A stretch of 46,369 nt of DNA from Phoronis australis (lineage: Eukaryota; Animalia; Phoronida), in assembly GCA_002633005.1 (NCBI GenBank), contig NMRA01000075.1, positions 713,336 through 759,704 of the forward strand, read 5' to 3'. The notes beneath the pieces were generated by a model that saw only the letters and a list, made by a program, of their open reading frames with translations, was not told the DNA's origin and ran no database searches. The translations under genes were made by a program, and so were the position numbers. Shown here in pieces: positions 11,122 to 23,300 of this stretch. The stretch's first letter is position 1, and each line of letters begins with the position of its first letter.

Positions 11122-12582
11122 ATCGTTCCTAAAATGGATTTTGTACTGTTGAGGTGTTAGACAAGAGAATGATTTTATAACTCAAAATCTAACCAAACAA
11201 CCACTTATTTTGGGAATTGGAGAATTTTAAACAAAAATTAATATTTTTTGTTTCTCGCCATGTGATGTCATCAGTTGACGGTATATATGCAATGGCGGAT
11301 AGTGGTGATTTTGTAAGTTACTAAGACTTAGAGAGCGAGCTTGTCGAGCACTATGAAGACAAGGTATGGACATGGGTGAAAACGACACTCAGGCCGTAGG
11401 TGAAACAGGTAACGAGATAGACGTCGCCATATCGGCAGACTTTGCACGTCTGAGACCGTACGAACTCGAACATCCCGCACCGAGGTCTTCGTCCAGTGGA
11501 ACCGAGTCGGAGCCTACTCAGTCTACGGACAGTCCCCCATCACGATTTAATTTTCTAACCACTTCAGTGTCGAGCAATACATGTATGTCTCGAACAGAAA
11601 ATCTAACCGAAGTTTTTACCCTGAAGCCAGTCGCGAACAGCAGACAGTGATTTAATTTCTTTAAATGCCGAGTGTTTTGGCAGAAACGATCATATCTAAT
11701 TGTAGTGATACCAACTGGCTTTTATTTCTGGTAAATAATACTCATTTCTATCTTGTCTGTTCAACAATCATGAAAGCTTTCTACCCTTATGATTCGTCGA
11801 CTTCTATCCAGTTTCCGACTCTAGACACTGCGTCGGCTGCGATCGTGACCTCAAATTATTGGCGAGGCATCTATATCCAATTTCATACTATTAGGTATTG
11901 ACACATATGTGGATAGCATGAATTCCCACAACATCTTGAATAAGAATAGACTGATGGAAACGTACTGCAATCATTCATTATCTCCTGCCACCAATTTAAT
12001 TCGGAGGCTCATACTCAATATGTGCCCGCGACAACTACGTTCCCAGCACCGTTACAACACAATACACTTTCTCTCCGTCAAATGCACTTAAACTTTTCAG
12101 AAACCTTCATCCAATCTCCGTTTCTGCGACGGATCTTACCACGATTCTTCAAAATGGCCGAGCATAGCGTTGCGCATGAACAGACCGCTTGCTCCACTGC
12201 ACACTGCCACCCGTATCCGACGCACCATTTCTGGCCGATCTTAGGGTCTTTTGTAAACGCAAATACTGAAATATCGTCTGCCCGAATACATTTACTGCAT
12301 TCTCCCCATATGCAACCTTTCATAATACTCAGTCGAACTCAAGTTTTCGAGACCACTACGGCTCACAGCTGGTAAAAGCACAAGACGGAGACCGGATCCA
12401 CTGATGACGTCACACAAGAAGTATACTTTTTTAAATTTTGCGTTTATTTCTTGATTACAACTGCAAAAATTGAAGAAGAAATACTTAATATACCATACCA
12501 AAATTGTTGGCAATCGAATCCAAACACTTATGACCATGGAGTAAAGGATTTATAAGCAGAACCTGTTGCCCGGATGTTTCCT
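11122..12582. mobile_element. Decayed Kolobok-like element with two convergent ORF remnants (boundaries approximate)
   Basis: Inverted TGTGATGTCATCAGT (11261-11275) / ACTGATGACGTCACA (12400-12414) precede an acidic ORF on + (ATG 11292; ...LRPYELEHP...) and a THAP remnant on -. Confidence 0.5.
12142..12323 (-). pseudogene. Degenerate THAP zinc-finger domain
   Basis: MKGCIWGECSK...SVFAFTKDPKIGQKW...ATLCSA then, after a 1-nt shift, HFEES. This fits the THAP signature C..C, FxFP.D, W, LCSxHF. Confidence 0.65.
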
Positions 12583-13134
12583 CGTACCTCGATAAATTTG
12601 TGGAGAAAAACAATTGACATGAAAATATTATGACATGTGGAGTGATGTTGAACATATTGCAATTGGTTAAACTAGTTAACTGATGTTTTAATATCTATCT
12701 CAACACTGGTCTGGGTGTTATTGGCTGGGTTAACCCATTATCGGATTTGTCTGGCAGTGTTCTTTCACGACACGTGTGGTTACATGTATGTTGGATATTT
12801 TACATGCGGTCACCTCTTAGGTTGATCTAGCTCAAATTTGACTCCCTAACACCGTTTATCTGACAGGAGTACCTCACTACTAAAACTGTTTCAGTGGCAT
12901 ACTGCACTTACGTCACGTGGAACGATCCTAAACTGACTAGCATTAGGGTGCCCACGATCAACAGATACCACGACCGACACTCTCACAATATACATGTACA
13001 AGCATTTGCAGTTCTTACCCAATACATTGAATTCCATTCAAGTCTCAGGAGCAAACAGCTTGCACTGTGTGCGTGTCATCTTGATTACTGAACAGCGAGA
13101 GCGCAAAATCTCTGTGAACTTTATATTGTTTCAA

Positions 13135-13253
13135 GTCCGTTCCAAGGAAGTGACCTTAAGATTGACTTAAGTTTTGTCTTAAGTTCAACTTGACTTACCG
13201 AATGTGGAAGTTTCAAAAGTTTAAATTGAGACAAATTGTAGACTTAAGTGCCC
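13135..13253 (-). repeat. Short copy of the Harbinger-type MITE family seen at 19205-20207
   Basis: Reverse complement aligns to 19220-19315 (TTTGAAACTTCCACATT.GG.AAGT...TTAAGACAAAACTT). Contains CTTAAG repeats. Confidence 0.55.
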
Positions 13254-13381
13254 CAGATTTATATTTCACCAAACACAGTATATATCATGGGCGGCGCACC
13301 ATAGGTGGCTGGGGGGCTATAGCTCCCACTTATTTCAGTGCTGCGCGGCCCACGATAATGAGATGAAAAACCTTTGTATTT

Positions 13382-15468
13382 TTATTCCCCTTTGTAATCT
13401 TTACAATAACAGTACAATCTTAAATTTTTGTCTTTTATACACAGTGATTGATCGCCATACTTGTTTATCCTGTTTATATCACCAATCACGGAAGACTTCT
13501 TCATCAGTTCAGGAGATTGTAGATCAAACGGAAGTTTAACATTGGCTTCGAACAAAGCACGGCCAGGAAGCGTTTCAAAAACCACCATATTCGTAGTCAT
13601 ATTTGGAGTCTTGGCTAAATTGTTATCGAGATTTTTCCCTCGATCACCATACTGGAACGCTGAATGGATTTTACTAAACTTTAGTGTTTCGCACAAAGCA
13701 CTGTGTGGCTCTAGTTTGCTCTGGATGTGTTTAAGTGCTTGAGTAGCAGCTTTCAAAGCTTTTGGAGAGTCGACGTCAATAGGATAAAGCTCGTCACATC
13801 TGCAGTATGTCTCGGGTACACCGCATGTCTTACACTCTCTGTCATCTGGCACGGTGCCAAATAAGCTTAGCCCCCTTTCGTCCTTTTCGTAATGGCGAGA
13901 GGAAAAGTTATTACTAACAATGTCCATCAGAGTGGCATGTATATCATACGGAGTCGTTAGGCGGTTTGCATTTTCCCGAACGTTTTCAATAGCACCAGGA
14001 TGTGATTTCCGAAAAGTTTCGGGAAAATGAATTGCCATAAGTGGCAGCGCATGTTCCGCCCGACCAATAGGAGTCTGTCGTATTGCACTGTATCTGTTTC
14101 CATGGTCACTTAAAAACATGACAATTACATTCTTTAGGAATCCATTTTCATGTAATGTCTTAAAAAACTCATATAAATAGTCATCTGCAATCTGAATATC
14201 ATTCAGACTGTAATGGCTAAGATCATTCAAAAAGCTGAAACTGAAATAAGCAGAATTCGCGAACTTCTTCGTGAACAGCTTCACCCAGTCTAACATGAAC
14301 TGAAAAATAGTTTTACCATTAAAACAGCTTCCGGACTTAATACCTTGTTGTTTCATAATTTTTACTGTGGCGTCGCGCTCCTCCCAAAATGGTCGCTGGT
14401 AGTAGTCCGTGGGGGCCTTTGTAAAGCCACTCGTAAGGTAATTGAACGTGGCATAGAACTGATCTTCGGTGTACAACGTGACGTAATTGTTTTCAGCAAA
14501 CCTTTTCCATATAAAAGGTATTGTAGTAGCAAGGCGTCCTCCTTTTTTGGGTACTTGTGATTCGTTTTTTCCGCAGAGCAGTGGCACGAGATTCGGGTAA
14601 GTGTTATCTCCCACAGCGTTGTAACCAGTAAGCGTAATGGCTGCCATCTTTTTCGTGAAATACTCGTACGTCTTCGGTAGCTGGCGGAGTGCATTTGCGC
14701 GCGACAAACCATCAAAACCTATCATAAGAACGCTGTACATTGTCCTTGCCGCTGCTGGATGATTTTGCTTTTCATTTTTTACCTCAGTTTGACTACTTCT
14801 CATCTTTGCTACAACACTTTTTTTGTCCGATATAGTAGCGTGTAAATTGATATAAACTAACTTTTTCTCGACGAAACATCTTACGCGAGTGAAATCCGTA
14901 GATATTTTTACTGCTTTGTCTGGTACTAACGTCGTATCATTTGAGTGAACACGCTTGTTGTCGTTATCCCTAACAAAGGTATTATAAGAGCATATCGAAT
15001 TCGCACTACCTATTAGCGAACGCAGTCTTTTGGAATGTAAAATCAAGTACCCTGTATCGTTGACTTCTGAAATGAGATATTTAGTTGGTTCGCAATTTAC
15101 TTTTCCAACTTTTTTAATGAAACGAAGAACCGATTTATCGAAAGGGTCAAATCTTGGCGTTTCACAAATCAAGGACTTATTTACATTTGCTCCTAATCCT
15201 TTACCATCAATTGCTAGACTTTGTGACGTAATTTCCCTGCCGAGTGTAGTATGCGCTAAATTGGACCTCCACTTCCCAAAAGTTGTGATCAGCCAGCTGT
15301 CCGTTGACATGCTCACGTAAGATTGGCAGCAGTTTGCACGTGAGACGTGATTGGTTAATCTTGTTTTCAAATGTTTGAATACGACGGGTCCTTGGAAATG
15401 GGCCAAGACTAGCATTGTAATCACGGTCAACGTGACAACTGCTATAAACAGCTTGGACTTGTAAGTAC
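13382..15468 (-). CDS. DUF229-family protein (alkaline phosphatase/sulfatase-like fold), main coding exon; N-terminal membrane anchor; start exon not identified
   Basis: 682-aa ORF with family motifs VLMIGFDGLSRANALRQLPKT, GYNAVGDNTYPNL, FLSDHGNRY, NRLTTPYDIHATL and C-terminal RINKYG.Q..C...L..YCYC. Frame extends to acceptor TTTACAG|GT (exon starts 15468, phase 1), adding TYKSKLFIAVVTLTVITMLVLA (signal anchor). Confidence 0.9.
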
Positions 15469-15496
15469 CTGTAAATTGAGTAAAAGGCGGTTAGTA
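15469..15496 (-). promoter_or_regulatory. Branch point (TACTAAC) and 3' splice site of the DUF229 main exon
   Basis: Minus strand TACTAAC (15496-15490), then CGCCTTTTACTCAATTTACAG; an in-frame stop at 15493-15491 shows the frame cannot extend further upstream. Confidence 0.75.
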
Positions 15497-15959
15497 TTGG
15501 TTGATTACACAAACAGAACTATTGCATGTACCCTATCACTTTGAGTTTGTCACCAGTTTTTCTTTAACTTTGGAGCAAACCTCGGTATTACACCAGGGAA
15601 GTCTCATCGTCGACACTCGCGAGTGAAAGCCAGTGTGAACACGTGTTTCTGTTGTAATAGAGGGCGATATCTCACGAAGACTTGCGTGAACTCGATTGCT
15701 AGACAGGAAACTTTATCTGCGGAAAGTAGCCCAGATAGAATTACACAGCAACGCAGAATAAAGGGCGCAGTCGAAACACGCGAGTGAACGCGCAATGGAT
15801 CGAATTGGTTTAAAAATGCTGATTTAAACAAACGCAACCCAAAATGTATTGAAAGGATGTGTAACTGAGCCTGTCGAAGCCATACTACCGTGGCTAGAAA
15901 TGACCTGTCCTCGAATACTGAAGATGGCCTCTGATGCAAAATAGTTTACGCGCGCCATT

Positions 15960-16500
15960 TGCACTATATCTGTCAGGACGAGAGTGATTTCAAGTCCCAA
16001 CCAAATTTTCTGATTCTAAAGGGAGGGCGTGTCGTTGCTGTCTCAGCGAAATTCTATTTAGGAGGTTCATACTGGAAAACAATCTCTGGCTGCTCAGGCT
16101 TGCAAGGAATGCAAAACGCGTAAAAATCCCAGTAATCAGATCGTTCTTAGGAGATGCTAACGTAAGAGTTATCCACTTTGAATATTGCAAAAGTGTATAG
16201 AAGAAAGCGTGAGATTCACTACTTTTGAAGCACAGACAAAACAAAAACTCTTTCATACCTATTCAACTTTCAAATTCTGCGCTCCAAATAATAGACATAA
16301 GCGGATGCGCTCAAAGAAATCGGACTGAATGCTACTCAAAATCTCCATGTTTTATTTACATCAAAGGTCAGAGGTCAAATTTTCAATGGAAATCTGCTGC
16401 GTCTTAGTCTTGCCACAGCATTTAAAAGGCGTGCTTTGCTGTGTGGGGGGAAATCGCCTAAGTGACGAGCAGTTGACAGGTCTTTTTGAAATTTGATACT
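15960..16500 (-). repeat. Degenerate inverted copy of the 23553-24353 element
   Basis: 16390-16490 (TAGTCTTGCCA...AAGTGACGAGCAGTTGACAGGTC) is the reverse complement of about 23718-23815. Confidence 0.5.
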
Positions 16501-17976
16501 AAAGGAAGAATGCATTGACATCAACATAATGTAATCTTTACAAGCACACTGTTAAAATACCTGGTGAACACCCTGAGCACTGTTTCAACTCTGAGTAATG
16601 CAATTTAGCATGTTTTCACGTTCTATGCCACTTTAAAGCATACTGTAAGCGGTATGTAGAGTTGTCGCCACTCTTCCAGTTTTTTGTAAATGACCCAATT
16701 ATCACAGATGCAGATTAGAAATACAAAGCATTTCTTATTCATTATATTAAAAAGTTCCCATGCTTTAGGTAGAAATTTTCTTTAAAAAAGACATTTGCAA
16801 AGATTAAACTGATTTACATGTTGAGCAGTAGATGGCGCTGTTAACAACAATATTAGCTTATCACTTTGACATATCTTCCGCGAGCACTACAGTGGCGCAA
16901 GAAAACCAAGGAAAACCAACGTTTCACTGAGAGCAGTATCGTTCACATTAGTCCAAGCTTATAAGCAGACACGGTACTCGAGTTGTTGACCTTATGTCTC
17001 ATCATGAAAAGGCAGACAATAAAATGTGTCTGCATGCAAAACACGTGTATGATTGTTTCCCAGGGTTTGGAAAATAACCGAGTTGCTGAGTATTTAACCA
17101 CTGAAGTGTAGCCTGGAATTACGAAAATGTGTATATTTAGCTCGGTTGAAAAAATGAGGCTCTGTTGACAGATCATACATGTAGTTCGGGGCAACGTTTT
17201 AAAGAGACGTTTTGTGTTAAATTTCAGTTAGTACACATTTTAACGAACATGAAGCAGTCTGCATCATCACATTCTATTACTAATTGCCGAAGACAACTGA
17301 AATTGCAATGGGTGAACGGACAAAACAGGAGGGAGGATGTCCCAACTTGGACTTCAGTGTTGCAGGGACATGCCCACATGAAATGAATTCTCGGCAGGAT
17401 ATCGTAGCAGTAGTGCTAGATAATATCTGTGATAACCTAACGTACACTACTGAAATATAGATGCATAGCAATTGAGCAAAAGTTAAAAATAAACTTGAGT
17501 CTACGAAAACATCAGTGAGTAGTTCTGACTGGCTTGCGCCGTCATCAACATTATTGCACGGTCGTTCCCACTAACATCGTTCTTTTTCAAAACTAGAATT
17601 AATTTCTTACAATTTTCGCTTCTTTTCTCAAGCACCGTTATTCTTCTCTTAGTAACACATTTTTGAGAGCTTCTTAAAAAGGGAATATTGGTTGGCAGCC
17701 GCAATTCCTCTCCCATGATCTAGCTACCTGTTATCACTTAAATGACCTTGTGAACACATCCCCTTTCTCACGAGATGAGAAAATTACGAAAAATAGTGGT
17801 ATTAAAGGAGAATGCCACCCGACTTAAATAGTCTTTTTACCGTCTTAATCGGTCGAAAACCAAGTCACCTCGTATGCGGTCGATCTTACCTCGCCGAGAG
17901 GTGTCGCGTTAACGCGTGAAGAAGATGACAAACGACGCAGCGACGTCAGTGGTTCTTCAGTAGAGTGAGTGCCGCT

Positions 17977-18180
17977 ATGGTGTGGTGTAACGTTCCCGCT
18001 TTTGCGAACTATGAAGCTGCGAGGAAAGCGGGGGTATATCGTTTTTCGATTTCCTCGAGAGCCCATAATGCTCTCGGAAGTGGCTTGCGGTAGTGAAGAA
18101 TGAAAAGTACGCCGTTAATACCAAGTATGAGGCCGTGAAACTTCTCCGTGTCTATCAGTGGCCTGCATTTTGTCGGATGG
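17977..18180 (+). pseudogene. Frameshifted THAP zinc-finger domain
   Basis: MVWCNVPA..N...(shift)FRFPREP...(shift)RKWLAVVK...LRV(shift)..LHFVG matches THAP C.V..C.N, FRFP, W, VC..HF. Confidence 0.7.
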
Positions 18181-19204
18181 TTGTTGATCGGTTTTTGATT
18201 ATGGAGAATTATAATTGGCCATGAAAACATTAACAATTAAAATTAATTCAAGGTATAAGAGCATCACGTTTTATATAACCTGTCTGATGACCGACTCGTT
18301 CGTGAGGCTTCTGTTTGGTCCTCTGGGTGTAGGGTGTTTTCGCCAGTTCTTTTTCTCAGCCCTAAAACAAAAGTCCAAAGCACAGCACTGTTTAGATGCG
18401 GTGCAAAATCAGGATGGTCCGTAAGACACATCTGCGTTTCTCCCGGAAGGCGTTTACTTACGGAATTGCGTGGCAGCAAATGCAAGCGTCAGTCGTTCCA
18501 TTACCGTGCAGTTAGTTCACTGACACCATGAAAAGTCATTCAAACGGTTTTCGGAACCTATCTAATATTCCTTGATCAGTGTATTCCGGTTCGAACTGAT
18601 AGCTTGTGAAACCTAACGGTAAGCTGTGATGTCATCGTCGGATGAGCACTCGTCTAAGTCGGGACTGCGAGTTGACGTTTTATAGTGCGTTCTGTTTCAA
18701 AATGAATTATTCTCACCCTAACCAATAATTTTTTAAAACTGAAACAAAGTCTGTCTTATTAGACACAATTTGTAATGCCTTGGAGTGTTCGTGAGTGCAA
18801 ATGTTTTGGGAAGCCAGCAATGAATAAATCTCTGCGTTACCGACTTTAGATGCAATAAACTAATTGACCGGGCATCGATGCCGTGTGAGCGCATGCCGAC
18901 CCAGTGTTTGCTGACAAAAAGCTGTTGTGAAACACAATAATTCTATTTTACATCCTATGGTCAGATGTTAGGGATCTTTATTTAGATATTCCTCTACATT
19001 TTTCGAATCATTGTTACTGTACAGCTTTTGCCTTGACGGTTCTACGGAAGGGTAACCCGACTTCGCAGCCCCCGGCGAGCTAGTAAGTAGATTTGAAGTT
19101 TCGCGGCTAATTCACCAAAATAATCACATGCATATTTTTCCTATGGCTCACTAGTATAGTCTAGTTTACACGGAGTCATTCGTGGTGTAGTGGTTAAGGT
19201 CCTG

Positions 19205-20207
19205 GGGCCTGTTCCAAGAAACTGACTTAAGTTCATTCTTGTCTTAACTTCCAAACTTTGAAACTTCCACATTAGGCAAGTAAGCCAAAATTAAGACAAA
19301 ACTTCTGTCAAACACTTAATGTTCTGGCGCAGTGTCAGCGAACAATCGAGAGAAACACAGGTGATTCTACGTACAGCATAATTCTTTTATTCGTGTGCCG
19401 TCAGCACATAGACAAACCCGTAAACTGAAATAAACAAAATCCTGAGTCACCACTACGAAATATAATACAAGCACAGGTAGTGACAATATATACAAAACCG
19501 TTATTTACATCTACGAAGAAAATGTACAAGTAACGAAATGATGGCTACATCAGATAAATTGAATCTTATATGAAAATACTATATACAAAAACGAACCTAA
19601 TTCATACACAATTCTGCCGTGAGACCGTGACGCAAACTAGATATCAAGTCACGCTAAACTTTTACGATAATATGAGCTAGAAACAGACTGGTTTGTGAAT
19701 TGCAATCTCAAGGTCGCAGCGAACAACGCCCAAACCCTCGACACGAACCACAAAGGACGAAATACGGCGAAGTAACTAAAGCGAAATTACTGAAACTACA
19801 CGGGACACGAAAGAATGCATTGCACAAACCAGAATATAACGATAAGCAAAAGAACACTACTTACATCATGAAAACCCTGCAATCTCGACGACGAAACCAA
19901 TGAGATGCATACACTGCACACAGATACGAAATACAAAATACGAATGAATGGAACTGGCGGGTAAAACGCTTTTAAATGTCAGTACCACGTGACAAGTTCA
20001 CAATCTGGGGGGTACTTGAAAATGAGTACAACAGGAAACAATACTTAATATACACAGGCAATATGAATGATTGCGTCTGCAGTAACACTTAAAACAAACT
20101 TAAGATCTCTTTCTTGAATTGGTTTTGAGATAAATTTAACTTTTATTCTAAAATTTACAAAAAATTAAGATTTGTCTTATGTAAGTCAGTTTTGTTGGAA
20201 CGGGCCC
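19205..20207. mobile_element. PIF/Harbinger-type MITE inserted between the SINE A and B boxes
   Basis: TIRs GGGCCTGTTCCAAGAAACTGACTTA / TAAGTCAGTTTTGTTGGAACGGGCCC; 3-bp TSD CTG (19202-19204, 20208-20210). Removal restores GTCCTGGACTCATA. Confidence 0.75.
19320..20087 (-). mobile_element. Solo LTR (768 bp), BEL/Pao- or Gypsy-like
   Basis: TGTTCTG...CAGTAACA termini; 5-bp TSD CTTAA (19315-19319, 20088-20092); AATAAA on the minus strand about 70 bp from the 19320 end. Confidence 0.7.
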
Positions 20208-20324
20208 CTGGACTCATATTATCTATAATTTCTTAAGTCGTGGATTCAAATCCTGCCTCGGACAAAAGTCACACCATGAGTGTACCACATATCCGTGCTC
20301 GTTCTTCTAAGAACGTGGGAACAA

Positions 20325-20360
20325 CTGACGATGGCCGGAGACAAGACCGACCGAAACGTC
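20325..20360 (+). ncRNA. Minimal type-I hammerhead ribozyme motif (probably degenerate)
   Basis: CTGACGA-T-GGCCGG(AGACAAGA)CCGACC-GAAAC-GTC: conserved core, 5 of 6 pairs in stem II, palindromic ACGT stem III. Stem I pairing is poor in this copy. Confidence 0.6.
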
Positions 20361-23300
20361 GTGACAGTGTAAATAGACAACAGGTCGGTGTAAATAGACC
20401 AAGAGATTTTAATAATAGTTGTAACACGCCACCACCTTAGAGCGGTTTTAGAAAAAAGCAGTCTAGTTTAGTTTCCAACTTCGACTGGTTTATGTTCGTG
20501 ATGCTTTCAGTCCGGTCGCAATGGGCCTTATCGGGTTCCGAGACACTGGCCGGGATAGCAAGCGTTTTGTGTGTTTGGGACTGAAAAATTGCGTCTGAAA
20601 TTACAGCACACAACAATCTGTATTTCACAAACGAATAATTTGAATTTATCGCCGAACAGACCCGAAACTCCCGCGACCCGGCTATTTGGTAAATTGGCCA
20701 ACCGAACTTTTTGGGCTACGGTACGTTCAAATACTTAAAAATCCGAAACAGCGAAATAAAATAACACGGTTCATTAAATTGATGCATTTGTAAGGGTTTT
20801 ACATCGAATTTTGATTATTCATTGGTGCAAAACAATGAATTAAAGCGATAAGCGTGTTGTGAACTGCTGAACAGACTGCATTCAAACCTCTGACGTCATT
20901 GGTTAATTTCAACGCCTCCGTCTGCCGTCAGGTAAAAGAGCTGTACTTGCTGTTATCGAATGAAACTATTCGATCTAATTTGATACAATCGATGTTGTTT
21001 TTGGGTGGCATTCTCCTCTAACTAGAATGCCCGTATGTGGATCATTAACCTTCAGTTGGGGCATCCTCTGCACTCAGGCTAAACAAAAACACTTCACATG
21101 TTTGGTGTCATCCTTTTCTACAGGATATTGATAACACTTGTTAGCCGTGCCATTTTATTGAAGGCGTGGTTCAGATATTTAAACGCGTACACCACGGTTA
21201 CAGCTAATCAGCAAACACCATATGTGTTGACACGGTACTGTCGACTTTTTATCGAGCATCAGGTTCAAGTGTGTCATCTTGCTATTAGTCACAATAAAAA
21301 TACACGGGTCGACCAATACAAACACAAATTAAACCCGTGGATAACACAACTCGATGTCGTCGTGTTTTAACAAAACATAGAAATGAATTTTAGAAAAAAA
21401 TCACCTCACAACAAAGGCGAGGCCCCTACTTCACAAACGCCAGGCAGGTTTACCCTATAGCGGCAAACTTTCAAATTACTTCTTCAAAGTGCAAAGAAAT
21501 CATACTTTCCAAAACAAAAACAAGATATTTGATAAAACATCAACAGCTCAAGAATTTAACAATTCGTTTAGATGTATATCGGGCCATCGCTAGCTAATCA
21601 TTTACATGTACCAATCCACTCACACATTCAATATGGCGCTTTCGTAAGCAACCTTGCACAAAATTATGTTTCAAAGTAAAAGTTGGTTTGACATTTCTGC
21701 CAAACTCGAGAGGTTCATTACCCTGATCATCACCCACTAGCCTACTATTATGTTTTAACACAGGTAGGCCTACTCTACTTTTAAATATGGAAATCTTGAA
21801 CGGGCGTGGAAATATAGATCACAAGCAATTTTAAGTCTGGTCTGCAACAGAGACAGTGTAATAAATATTTTCTCACATGACCTGTTAATAACACCGTGAA
21901 CATAATTTTTGATATTACATGGAAAATCACAAAGTAGTGGAAAGTAGGAATCCATACGCCTTACATTTTATTGTCTGCAAAACACTAAAACAAGCAAACG
22001 AGCGCCAACGAAACAATGCCGGAATTCCGAAAAGGTGACAAGGTTATGATTGACAAATCGGGTGTCGCAACTGTACGTACTCCCAGCAGTCTCAGTTGAA
22101 GGACATGCAAAAAAACTTCTTAAACGGACCCATTTTCGGCGGCGAATTCCATATCGACGTTCATTCAAACGGACATGAGCCTCAACTCAAGAAACGTGGC
22201 GAGACTAGACTGTCTAACTGTGCCGTCTCAAGGTCAATTCAGTGCTAACGCGCGGGGAAGCCTTGTAGACTGTTATTTATGCACATTTCTTAAGTTTTAA
22301 TATACACCTTCAAAGATTATTTAATAGATTCTAACTTGAATATTTGCTACGAAAGCTAAATGCAAATTAAAACTATTAACAAAAAGTAACTGAATTACTT
22401 TACATTGCGTAGGCGTGTGTGTACAAATGTTGCGTAATGTGGTTAAAAGTTTTAGACACGTCGAGTTTTTCGTCAAAAAAGATCGTTTTTACGATCCATG
22501 TGAGAAAACAAATCCTACACTGGACTCAGATTGGTGACATGGGCAAAACCTCTTGGACATTTCGTCAAAAGAGGTTTTGCCCATGTCATAAACCTGAGAC
22601 TCGTGTAGCATTCCCACTAGGGGATAACACTAGTAAAATAAGAATAGGAAAATTAAAACTTTTGACGTTTTATTTCTAGTAATAGTAGTATTAGTAAACT
22701 TTAAATAACATTTTGCAGACGCGAAGCAAGTCGTCTAAAAAGTGGAAGGGGTCCTCCCGGTCCTCTCGTTAATATATCAGCTGAATTCCACGTACATCGA
22801 TCAAGCACTAGGTAGAAAGCAAGGTGGACGTCAAATAAGTATAGATGCCAATGCAAGTTGCATCACTGTTATGTCCAGACAATCTTATATCGTGTTCCAA
22901 AATTAGGGGGCGACGTTTTATCAGTAATACAATGACAATTCCAGAGACAAAAAATAAAACTAAGACAATATTAACACTTGCGGTCTCATCTGAAAGGTCA
23001 TTCTATCAAGTTTCGTAAGAGGGCATAGCACTCATTTGATCTGACAAGTACAGTTCAATACTTTATATGGACATAATGTATGAAGATCTGTCACAGTGCA
23101 ACAAGGGGATGCTACAGAAGTTCGATCCATCTAAAAATTATCGCCAGTCACATTCTCCTCAATAAGAACATATAAGCCAAACCTCATGAAGATTCACCAA
23201 GGACCTTGATGCATATTGAAACAGGAAACAGCAGTTGGATCTGTACGAATAAACGCAATGCCGTGCTCATCTGAATAGAAATACATGTGCGAAATTTCAC

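Larger units (their letters stand above)
19169..20459 (+). mobile_element. tRNA-headed SINE-like element with hammerhead motif (retrozyme-like), ~285 bp after removing nested inserts
   Basis: 11-bp TSD AGTCTAGTTTA (19158-19168, 20460-20470). A box TGGTGTAGTGG (~19183). B-box-like GGATTCAAATCC (~20242). A-rich 3' end. Absent from the sister Kolobok copy at about 33030-33050. Confidence 0.75.
17806..21017 (+). mobile_element. Kolobok-type element (THAP remnant) hosting three nested insertions
   Basis: Perfect 15-bp TIRs AGGAGAATGCCACCC / GGGTGGCATTCTCCT. Flanks TTAA / CTAA. THAP remnant near the left end. A related copy lacking the inserts starts at 32467. Confidence 0.85.

Noticed and set aside
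13461-15320. Short ORFs overlapping the DUF229 CDS
   Set aside because: Antisense or alternate-frame shadows of the real CDS.
16259-16350. Donor AG|GTATGA as DUF229 start exon
   Set aside because: Both upstream ATG frames hit stops, and the site lies inside a transposon copy.
19175-20265. Functional tRNA-Met gene
   Set aside because: Interrupted by 1 kb of inserts, acceptor stem imperfect, and followed by a SINE body with TSD.
21965-22180. Possible DUF229 start exon (donor AT|GTAAGG at 21965)
   Set aside because: Splicing to 15468 creates an ATG in the wrong frame, and the correct frame has no ATG after its last stop. It could still be a non-coding exon.
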